Below are positions 1-6,711 of a DNA stretch of 64,000 nucleotides, in pieces. The stretch's first letter is position 1, and each line of letters starts with the position of its first letter. Position numbers and translations under genes: made by a program. This stretch comes from a virus, in IMG/VR virus record IMGVR_UViG_3300017917_002401, positions 25,128 to 89,127 of that record, one strand, 5' to 3'. The notes under the pieces are model-generated. The model saw only the letters and a list, made by a program, of their open reading frames with translations. It ran no database searches and was not told where the DNA came from.

Positions 1-2
1 CA

Positions 3-122
3 GAACTCTTAGACGTGAACCTAGAGCTACTAGAATCGCTGGAAAAGGTAAACAAAGGCGTACTCAAGTTAATCGAAGATAAATTGCGAGAAACTGACCC
101 TAAACCGCACCAGGCAGCGTAA
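3..122 (+). CDS. 3' end of a gene truncated by the window edge; probable A2-like DNA-binding paralog
   Basis: Hand translation ELLDVNLELLESLEKVNKGVLKLIEDKLRETDPKPHQAA* resembles the C-terminus of the ORF at 1502-1807 (ELFESLEKANHEVLEVL); followed by a terminator. Confidence 0.55.
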   Translation, partial: ELLDVNLELLESLEKVNKGVLKLIEDKLRETDPKPHQAA

Positions 123-139
123 ATTGCACTTAATTCGAC

Positions 140-175
140 AAAAGCCCACATAATTTCGGTTATGTGGGCTTTTTT
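140..175 (+). terminator. Rho-independent terminator
   Basis: AAAGCCCACATAA-tttcgg-TTATGTGGGCTTT followed by a T run. Confidence 0.85.
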
Positions 176-265
176 GCGTGTGTGTACGTGGTTTGTATAA
201 ATTGCTACAGTTTAGGAACACCGACCGTGTTTTGGCAGTTTAGGGTCAGTGTCTAGAAAAAGCAC

Positions 266-295
266 TTGACAAAACCGGTTTGGCACTGGTAAAAT
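266..295 (+). promoter_or_regulatory. sigma70-type promoter with no downstream ORF
   Basis: TTGACA-18-TAAAAT then GGCGC; close sequence relative of 2090-2118. Confidence 0.6.
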
Positions 296-340
296 GGCGC
301 AGGCCGGGTGTGGAATTTCCCATGTGGGCTTTTTTAAGGC

Positions 341-379
341 AAAACAAAGCCCCCACAGCATGCCTGCTTGGGGGCTTTG
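341..379 (-). terminator. Terminator ending the minus-strand ncRNA transcript
   Basis: Minus strand CAAAGCCCCCA...TGGGGGCTTTG-TTTT. Confidence 0.75.
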
Positions 380-620
380 AACGGATTGTGTTGTTGGGGA
401 TCCCTCCGTTTTTAGTGCTCGCTTCACGACTTACCGAGGGGCACCACCCCTGCTGACTGCATGACCCTAAACCGTGGCACCTTGGACCCCGACTAGGTTA
501 TTGGGGTTGTAGCCACTGGTAGGTGAGACTGTTTGGTTATCTGGGGCACCACCCACTGATGGAGGATTGTTAACGTACAACGCCCTAAACGACTACTTGA
601 GGTTTAACGACCACTGCAGT

Positions 621-719
621 TTAGGGTCGGGCAGGGTATACCGCACTGCCATGCTTTTAACGACTTAGGGTCGGACAGGGTATACCGCACTGCCATGCTT
701 TTAACGACTTAGGGTCGGA
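621..719. repeat. 44-bp tandem direct repeat, 2.25 copies
   Basis: TTAGGGTCGG(G/A)CAGGGTATACCGCACTGCCATGCTTTTAACGAC at 621-664 and 665-708, partial copy at 709-719. Confidence 0.95.
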
Positions 720-872
720 TTGGTAGTGGGTTATCTCCCAGGTTTCTTAAAGTCAACCACTCTAGAGCCAAGACCATTTAACGTCTGGTACCAGGTACGA
801 CGGTTCGGATATAGGCATTGCACGCCTTGGGTTACTCATTTCCAGCGGGCCGTGGCCGCGTGCTGGGTTTTC

Positions 873-981
873 ATCCAGACCCCAAGGTGTTGCTGGCTGA
901 GAAGGTGGGTCTAAGTCTTCTCGAACGCCAGCACTGCGTGCCTTGGAGTTTCGTGCCATTGCAGGCTACTCATCAGTGGAT
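873..981 (-). ncRNA. Hammerhead ribozyme (type I topology, extended stem III)
   Basis: Minus strand: stem I AUCCA (981-977)/UGGAU (877-873); core CUGAUGA (976-970); stem II GU(A)GCC-UGCAAU-GGCAC; GAAA (952-949); stem III ACUCCAAGG/CCUUGGGGU; cleavage triplet GUC (880-878). Confidence 0.85.
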
Positions 982-983
982 TT

Positions 984-1058
984 TGGTATCCGATATGGGT
1001 TACGATCCCATCTAGCCACCTTGAAAGGGTGGTGACCTCACCAGAAGTCGAATCGGAC
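984..1058 (-). tRNA. tRNA-Glu (anticodon UUC), CCA encoded
   Basis: Acceptor GUCCGAU/AUCGGAU + ACCA; anticodon arm CCACC-CUUUCAA-GGUGG; T arm AUGGG-AUCGUAA-CCCAU; 75 nt. Confidence 0.9.
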
Positions 1059-1265
1059 ATTGTAGGTTGGGCGGTGACTAGAGAATTCGGTCACCATTAA
1101 GTTGTTATCTGCCTAATTGCATACTCATAACACCCATTGATTAAAGCTGTCTCTAATCAATGGAGGCTAAGGGCTGTGGCTCGGTATTCCCCACAATTAA
1201 GACGTATCACGTAGCAGTAGTATATCGCTGTGACCGCTGTCACCCTGTCTAACTAATATATAATA

Positions 1266-1294
1266 ATTATACAGTATTTAAAGTAGTAAATCAA
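1266..1294 (-). promoter_or_regulatory. sigma70 promoter for the tRNA/ribozyme transcript
   Basis: TTGATT-17-TATAAT on the minus strand. Confidence 0.75.
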
Positions 1295-1302
1295 GAGAGA
1301 AA

Positions 1303-1436
1303 TTAGACAGGCGTTGCAATCAGACTAGCACTACAGGTGAGACGTCATTCAGTGACTGGTTTGCGTGGTAGGCTGCTGTTGCACAAGGGGCCGGCAACTC
1401 GTTTGCCATTCATTAAGGCCCTTCCCGACTGTCTAA
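1303..1436 (-). ncRNA. Candidate ~135-nt structured RNA
   Basis: Starts just after a promoter; ends pair (UUAGACAG/CUGUCUAA); internal GGGCC...GGCCC and GGCAA/UUGCC stems; no credible ORF. Confidence 0.45.
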
Positions 1437-1442
1437 GATATT

Positions 1443-1471
1443 ATTATACACTGAATGGGGTCGAAGATCAA
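1443..1471 (-). promoter_or_regulatory. sigma70 promoter
   Basis: TTGATC-17-TATAAT on the minus strand. Confidence 0.75.
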
Positions 1472-1501
1472 GTACGAATTTCCTGACCCTCAACCGCAGC
1501 A

Positions 1502-1807
1502 TCAAAGGTTAGCTGCCAAAACCTCCAGCACTTCGTGGTTGGCCTTTTCCAGAGACTCAAACAGCTCTGGGGGGACGCCACAAGCCTGTGCCAGTTTGTC
1601 CACCAGCTCACTCTTACGCACACGGGCAACACCCTTGGCACGAGTTTTGGGGGTGTACACACCCTCACGACTCAGTTTAGCAACCACGCTTCGCACCGAT
1701 TTGCCCAGCTTTTCTGCGAGCATTTCAGGGGTTGCGCCCGCCTTGTACTCGTTAACGAGTTCCAGGGTTTGGGCTTCGGTATAGTTTACAGTACGCTCAG
1801 TCATCAT
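1502..1807 (-). CDS. T5 A2-like HTH DNA-binding protein, paralog 1
   Basis: VNYTEAQT...LGKSVRSVVAKLSREGVY; AAAGGA RBS; own promoter TTGACG-17-TATAAT at 1875-1847. Confidence 0.7.
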   Translation of the reverse strand: MMTERTVNYTEAQTLELVNEYKAGATPEMLAEKLGKSVRSVVAKLSREGVYTPKTRAKGVARVRKSELVDKLAQACGVPPELFESLEKANHEVLEVLAANL

Positions 1808-1855
1808 ATGTCCTTTCAGTTGGTTTCTGCGCCGATTAAAGATTATATTATACAC

Positions 1856-1990
1856 TCACAAAGGAACATCGTCAAATTCAAAAAATTCGCTGTGACTGTT
1901 GGTAGCTTGGCGAATTTCGCGGACCTCGTGGTCTACAAATTCCGCATACCACGCTTCCTGATCAAATTTGAAAAATTCACTGTCTGCCAT
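1856..1990 (-). CDS. Small acidic protein (44 aa)
   Basis: MADSEFFKFDQE...SEFFEFDDVPL; AAGGA RBS; promoter TTGTGT-17-TATAAT at 2046-2018. Confidence 0.6.
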   Translation of the reverse strand: MADSEFFKFDQEAWYAEFVDHEVREIRQATNSHSEFFEFDDVPL

Positions 1991-2089
1991 TTGCCATTCC
2001 TTGTAATCAATATAAATATTATAGCCGAGACAACTCCACAACACAAGACCCGATTTCTGCGCGTGTGTGAACACAAATTGAAAATACAC

Positions 2090-2200
2090 TTGACAAACTA
2101 GGTTTCGCACTGTATAATGGGCGCGGCCACCATCAAGGTTTTGCACTTGAAGGTTTTGCACTGGCGCAGCGCGCTTGGTGGTGTGGTCTTTTGTTTTCAA
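2090..2200 (+). promoter_or_regulatory. sigma70 promoter followed by a hairpin and T-tract (candidate short RNA)
   Basis: TTGACA-17-TATAAT-GGGCGC; ACCATCAAG/CTTGGTGGT stem enclosing AAGGTTTTGCACT twice; TTTTGTTTT. Confidence 0.55.
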
Positions 2201-2292
2201 ATTTCAAAAAATGTGAGAATTGAATACAAAAGTAGTACGTGTTGTTTTTTAACCACAAAAGTGTAACAGTTTGTAAAATTTGCAGAAAACGC

Positions 2293-2424
2293 TTGACACG
2301 CGCGCCAATATTATGATATAATTTTGGCGCAGCCATGTAATACTTTTGTTTTCAATTTTACCTGAAAACAAAAGTATTACACCTGATTTTGGGCAAAAAT
2401 AAACCCCGATTATCTCGGGGTTTT
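2293..2424 (+). repeat. Intergenic element copy 1 (palindromic promoter + 19-bp hairpin + terminator)
   Basis: TTGACA-18-TATAAT-TTTGGCGC; hairpin 2336-2381; AAACCCCGA-TTATC-TCGGGGTTT 2401-2424. Confidence 0.9.
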
Positions 2425-2427
2425 GGT

Positions 2428-2667
2428 TTAATGATATTCTGGAGTTATAACCAGCGCCGAATCGGGAATATCTACAAAACGCTGTACAATATCAACAGGC
2501 CAGTTATAGTGATAAAAACAATCTTCGTCTAGATAATCGCCCATGCCATAAAGGGTTTTATAATATTCAGCGGCACGATCTATAATAATCGCATTAATAG
2601 AATCAATCCGCATACCATTATATTCAGGCATGAAAATGCCCAATTCAACAAAATCAAAACGAATCAT
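2428..2667 (-). CDS. Hypothetical protein
   Basis: ORF with GGAG RBS before MIRFDF. Confidence 0.6.
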   Translation of the reverse strand: MIRFDFVELGIFMPEYNGMRIDSINAIIIDRAAEYYKTLYGMGDYLDEDCFYHYNWPVDIVQRFVDIPDSALVITPEYH

Positions 2668-2715
2668 ATTATCTCCAGTTAATCGGGTTGATAATGGGGC
2701 AATATGCCCCATTAT

Positions 2716-3048
2716 TTACAGTGGCTTTGAATTAGCCAGTGCATCAAAAATCGCTTTCAGTGCCGATTTATTGGCTTTTGTCAGCGATTCAATATCATTT
2801 TCGGGCAATCGCAAAATTGCGCCGATTGCATCGGCATGAGCATCTTTTTTCACAACCGGCTCACCAGTCTTGGAAACATAAGTTTTCTTTTTGTAGACGC
2901 CTTCGCGCGACAGTTTCGCAACAACCGACCGAACAGATTTACCGACAGTTTCAGCGATTTGGTCAACACCAACACCAGCGACATAATCGGACACCATTTT
3001 AGCCGTTTGTTCTGCGGTATAATTGACAGGTTTGCTAGTCTTTTCCAT
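2716..3048 (-). CDS. T5 A2-like HTH DNA-binding protein, paralog 2
   Basis: VNYTAEQT...VGKSVRSVVAKLSREGVY...ESLTKANK; AAAGG RBS; upstream TTGACT/TATAAT promoter. Confidence 0.7.
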   Translation of the reverse strand: MEKTSKPVNYTAEQTAKMVSDYVAGVGVDQIAETVGKSVRSVVAKLSREGVYKKKTYVSKTGEPVVKKDAHADAIGAILRLPENDIESLTKANKSALKAIFDALANSKPL

Positions 3049-3130
3049 GGTATTACCTTTCAGGTTTTCCGCTTGCCCCATTGCTTGCGGTATGTGTCTA
3101 TTATAGCGGGTTTTGGGCAAAAAAGTCAAG

Positions 3131-3283
3131 TGTGCAAAAATACAACATAGGGACAAACACCTATTGACACGAGCCAAAATTATGTGGTATAATTTTGGCG
3201 CAGCCTTGTAATACTTTTGTTTTCAATTTTAATCAGAAACAAAAGTATTACACCGGGGCAAAATAAAAAGGGCCGAAGCCCTT
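3131..3283 (+). repeat. Intergenic element copy 2
   Basis: AAAAATACAACATAGGG..CCTATTGACA(3164)-18-TATAAT-TTTGGCGC; hairpin 3207-3252; terminator AAGGGC-CGAA-GCCCTT. Confidence 0.9.
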
Positions 3284-3494
3284 AAAAAAAGTTAATCAAT
3301 CCGATTACATTGGCAACAAAAAACGTGCCATTAAGTACACCAAGCGCACGATCCTTACGCTTAAAGGCCACAAAAAGCCAGCTTAGTGAACCCAAAGTAA
3401 ACAGCACATAACCAATTTGAAACATTTTGGTTGCAACAGCAAATGAACCCAAAATGCTAGTAAAAGTGCCAAACCAAGAAACAAAAGTAATCAT
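3282..3494 (-). CDS. Small membrane protein (3 hydrophobic segments)
   Basis: 70-aa hydrophobic ORF; ATGA overlap with the upstream gene. Confidence 0.7.
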   Translation of the reverse strand: MITFVSWFGTFTSILGSFAVATKMFQIGYVLFTLGSLSWLFVAFKRKDRALGVLNGTFFVANVIGLINFF

Positions 3495-3871
3495 TTTCGG
3501 GGAATCTCCATTGAATGAAATTTATCAGCGGGTAAACCGTAGTTTACCATAATTTCGCACCATTTGCTACCATGTCCACAACTTTTTTCGCTAGGCCCGA
3601 ACAAATTCCAGTCAGCCTGATGAATAATTTCATGCGGAAGTATTACATCTATCATTGTGTTAAATGTTTTGTTTCCGTGTTTGAAAAATTTGTAACCCAA
3701 TTCGATTACATTATCTTCTTGAAAACATTGCCCTGCACAACGCCAAAAGTAAGGATTCAGTTTTACTTTTGGCACATCGTATGCCATTAAAGTAGGATAA
3801 ATTTCAATAAGTGTATCCCAAATCATTACAGATTCGCGTTCGATCAGGGTTAACAGTTTTTTCTTGTCCAT
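3491..3871 (-). CDS. SprT-like zinc metalloprotease
   Basis: AGQC...ILPHEIIH...GHGSKW, the SprT HExxH + HG..W pattern. Confidence 0.8.
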   Translation of the reverse strand: MDKKKLLTLIERESVMIWDTLIEIYPTLMAYDVPKVKLNPYFWRCAGQCFQEDNVIELGYKFFKHGNKTFNTMIDVILPHEIIHQADWNLFGPSEKSCGHGSKWCEIMVNYGLPADKFHSMEIPRK

Positions 3872-3911
3872 AGCCTACATTATACACGCAAAACCAGACC
3901 ACACACGCCAA

Positions 3912-4070
3912 GTGCAAAAATACAACATAGGGGAAAACACCTATTGACACGGGCACAATTTTAATGATAAAATTGGCGCCCGGAATGTAATACTTTTGTT
4001 TTCAATTTTAATCCAAAACAAAAGTATTACATTGTGGTAAAATAAAACCCCGATTATCTCGGGGTTTTTT
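3912..4070 (+). repeat. Intergenic element copy 3
   Basis: TTGACA(3944)-18-TAAAAT-TGGCGC; hairpin 3984-4033; terminator identical to that of copy 1. Confidence 0.9.
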
Positions 4071-4323
4071 ATTTTCTTTTCGGAGCCAGTTTATAATAAA
4101 TGATAACAGCCAAAAAGATAATATTAGTTGTGTAATTAAGCAACAGCGGCAAATCCATTTTGGGCATAATATAAATAAATGTAAAGATTTCGCCAAACGA
4201 CCATAATAGCAAAAATCCCCAAGTTAATCCTGCCGATGATTTTGTTTTCCAAGATTCTATTGCCTGCGGTAATCCGCATAATGCTAGCATAATAGAGCCA
4301 AGCCAACCAATATTATCCATCAT
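4069..4323 (-). CDS. PQ-loop / SemiSWEET-like membrane protein
   Basis: IGWLGSIMLALCGLPQAIESWKTKSSAGL; three TM segments; 84 aa. Confidence 0.8.
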   Translation of the reverse strand: MMDNIGWLGSIMLALCGLPQAIESWKTKSSAGLTWGFLLLWSFGEIFTFIYIMPKMDLPLLLNYTTNIIFLAVIIYYKLAPKRK

Positions 4324-4436
4324 TTTAAAATCTCCGTTTCAGTTTGAATAATAAAAGGCTTTTTCTCAATTTCAGATTCTAGCCTTTTATCATTATATAA
4401 ATGCAAACAGAGGGCGATTATCCAAAGCGTTTTCAT
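4320..4436 (-). CDS. Small hypothetical protein (38 aa)
   Basis: Hand-translated MKTLWIIALCLHLY...; fills the gap between genes; G-rich RBS; overlaps the next start. Confidence 0.45.
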   Translation of the reverse strand: MKTLWIIALCLHLYNDKRLESEIEKKPFIIQTETEILK

Positions 4437-4452
4437 ATAATCGCCCCCGTTA

Positions 4453-5151
4453 TTATTTAGCGGTAAAATTATTTTTTACCTGAAAATCACGCCAGTTATA
4501 AGGGATGATTTTCTCGCGCCAATCGCGTTTTTTAAGAATATTAACCAAAATCGGCAATTCAAAATCTCGCGCATCTTCAAGAGCCGTATGAGGTTCGTCA
4601 ATAATTTGATTATTGATAAAACCCGCAACAATTTCGGCATTAGTTTGATAGGTCATATTGCCATTATCTGTAGCCTTATTGAATGCGTGATTTTCAAGGG
4701 CAAATTGACGATATTTGCGAGAATGGCAGATATTACCAACAGCCGCTTGCCAAAGGCAAAAACGATTATTAAACCCTGAAAGGTCAATATCAGTATTTGC
4801 ACATTTTGCAGTATCAAAAGCCAGATTATATGCGGTAAGTGTTGGATTATATTTGCCGATTGCTTGATTAAGCCATTTATTAATGGCATTAACAGAGGCA
4901 AGCAAACGTGTGCCATTATTCAACATATCATTATATTTTGCTTTTTTGGATTGTGCATATTCAAAAGACCAAATACCCTTAGCATTTTTATCATAGAATA
5001 AATCCATAGAATCAAAATGATTTTTGACCAGAACAGCGCAACTATTAAAAATCTGGCCTTCACGGTCGCAGATAATAGCGGCAAAATCAGCGACAGTATC
5101 GCCAATTGTGGTTTCAGTGTCAACGATACAGAAATATTGTTTTTTAGCCAT
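4453..5151 (-). CDS. DEDDh 3'-5' exonuclease
   Basis: Motifs DTETT, AYNLAFD, HTALEDA. Confidence 0.85.
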   Translation of the reverse strand: MAKKQYFCIVDTETTIGDTVADFAAIICDREGQIFNSCAVLVKNHFDSMDLFYDKNAKGIWSFEYAQSKKAKYNDMLNNGTRLLASVNAINKWLNQAIGKYNPTLTAYNLAFDTAKCANTDIDLSGFNNRFCLWQAAVGNICHSRKYRQFALENHAFNKATDNGNMTYQTNAEIVAGFINNQIIDEPHTALEDARDFELPILVNILKKRDWREKIIPYNWRDFQVKNNFTAK

Positions 5152-5310
5152 TTTGTTTTCAATTACCGGAAACCGCCGGAATTCGCGGATACCGCATAAC
5201 GTCTGCGGTATGAGTGTATTATAACGGGTTTTTGCCCATTGTGCCAAAATAAAGTGTAACAGTCAGACCAGATTGTTACAAATTTTTTGTTGTATTTTTC
5301 GCAAAACCCC

Positions 5311-5399
5311 TTGACACGGCCCAAAATTATATGTTATAATTTTGGCGCAAGTTTTGCAAACAAAAGTATTCATTTTTGTTTGCAAACCAAAGTGTTACA
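5311..5399 (+). repeat. Intergenic element copy 4 (variant hairpin)
   Basis: TTGACA-18-TATAAT-TTTGGCGC; TTTGCAAACAAAA/TTTTGTTTGCAAA hairpin 5353-5386. Confidence 0.85.
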
Positions 5400-5586
5400 A
5401 GTTATTTTCTTTAATAAAATCGTCAATGGCATTTTCTAGAGTTTTACCAGAATACCAATAACCGCCTATTTTATTAGAAAATATAGAATAATATGGGTCA
5501 AATTCATTTTCCTCCTCATCTTCATCTATATTATGATAATCAATTTTTAATTGATATTCTTTAATAATTGCAAAATAATCTCTCAT
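5395..5586 (-). CDS. Hypothetical acidic protein
   Basis: MRDYFAII... starts 1 nt after the upstream stop. Confidence 0.6.
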   Translation of the reverse strand: MRDYFAIIKEYQLKIDYHNIDEDEEENEFDPYYSIFSNKIGGYWYSGKTLENAIDDFIKENNL

Positions 5587-5587
5587 T

Positions 5588-6064
5588 TTAGTGGCCTTGT
5601 TTTGAGGGAACATAAACCCCACGGATATTAAACCGATCGCAAACAGCTTTCAAATATTGGACATTATCCTCATAAAATGTAAATTCAGCATTTGCAAATG
5701 GTTTCAGATTAAAGAATTTAGTTAATCCTGCGATTTTGAGTTTACCGCCTGAAATAGTATCACCATCAATACGGGAAATAATATAATCAGGTTCACCGAG
5801 AATATTGCGGATAAATGCATTATCAGCATCCCGCAAAACGCGGGCAGTAGCAATAATAACAAAACAATTTTCATCTTTTAAATCCGCTTTATATTGTTCG
5901 GCCAATGGCAGCAGAGAATCATCTTCTGCACGATATTCATTTTCGCGCCAATAGTTCAAGTCGATTCGTTCACCATTATCATCAACAATTGTACGGTAAC
6001 GGTGAAGGCTACAAACGATTGTACCATCCATGTCATAAATTGAAACCCGTTTGATCTTTGCCAT
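5588..6064 (-). CDS. HAD-superfamily phosphatase (PNK-phosphatase/nucleotidase-like)
   Basis: IYDMDGTI (motif I), ATAR (II), K (III), FYEDN (IV); GAGGA RBS. Confidence 0.85.
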   Translation of the reverse strand: MAKIKRVSIYDMDGTIVCSLHRYRTIVDDNGERIDLNYWRENEYRAEDDSLLPLAEQYKADLKDENCFVIIATARVLRDADNAFIRNILGEPDYIISRIDGDTISGGKLKIAGLTKFFNLKPFANAEFTFYEDNVQYLKAVCDRFNIRGVYVPSKQGH

Positions 6065-6132
6065 TTTGCAATCCTCTGTTTGTTGCGGTATGTCTAGATT
6101 ATACCCCAGTTTTCCCCGATTGACACACATTT

Positions 6133-6248
6133 GCGAAAATACAACATAGGGATAAACCCCTATTGACACGCCCCAAAATTATATGCTATAATTTTGGCGC
6201 AAAATTGAATACCTGAGTATTCAATTTGTTTTGCAAACAAAGGTATTA
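6133..6248 (+). repeat. Intergenic element copy 5 (variant hairpin)
   Basis: AAAATACAACATAGGGATAAACCCCTATTGACA(6163)-18-TATAAT-TTTGGCGC; AAATTGAATAC/GTATTCAATTT hairpin. Confidence 0.85.
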
Positions 6249-6578
6249 TTCTTCGTCAACGTCTGGTAAGTAAACCTCACGCAAACCAAAATGCTTTTCC
6301 ATTTTGCGCGCATATTTAATAAATTGTGGGCCGTGGGTTTCGGTTAATTTATTTTCTTCTTGCCATGCATGAATCAACTCATGGGCAACAAGTGTATCAA
6401 AATCACGGGTATTATCTTTATAAAAGATCGTGATATTATGTTCCTTTAGTTTACCCGTTTTATCTGAATATTCAGGTTCATATTCAGCATCAGCCCATTT
6501 ATTTTTACGGGTAACAATCCGCAAATTAACGGGTTTCTTCAAGCCCAAATAATGGATAAATTCATAAAGGTTTTTCAT
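6246..6578 (-). CDS. SprT-like HExxH metalloprotein
   Basis: LVAHELIHAWQ...THGPQF. Confidence 0.75.
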   Translation of the reverse strand: MKNLYEFIHYLGLKKPVNLRIVTRKNKWADAEYEPEYSDKTGKLKEHNITIFYKDNTRDFDTLVAHELIHAWQEENKLTETHGPQFIKYARKMEKHFGLREVYLPDVDEE

Positions 6579-6579
6579 A

Positions 6580-6711
6580 TCATGCCCCAGTCATCATTTG
6601 AAAATAATCATTAAATTCTTCGTCAGTCCAAACCCATGCAGGGCACATATTCATAAGCGCATCATAATATGTGCCCGACATATTCCAAACAATATAATTG
6701 TTTTTGTTCAT
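6580..6711 (-). CDS. Small hypothetical protein (43 aa)
   Basis: Hand-translated MNKNNYIVWN...; ATGA overlap with the upstream ORF. Confidence 0.5.
   Translation of the reverse strand: MNKNNYIVWNMSGTYYDALMNMCPAWVWTDEEFNDYFQMMTGA

Noticed and set aside
621-719. CRISPR mini-array
   Set aside because: The units are contiguous 44-bp repeats with no unique spacers, and no cas genes are present
560-800. Pistol ribozyme (CG-stem + UUAAA, CCCUAA/UUAGGG pairing)
   Set aside because: I could not build P2 or find the GU cleavage junction; kept only as an unassigned pseudoknot-like motif
212-1015. ORFs 212-427, 720-914, 762-959, 818-1015
   Set aside because: No RBS or recognisable motifs; they overlap the tRNA, hammerhead, promoter and terminators
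1380-1425. Twister ribozyme (UAAU...GCCGGCCC)
   Set aside because: The 3' half and both pseudoknot pairings could not be formed
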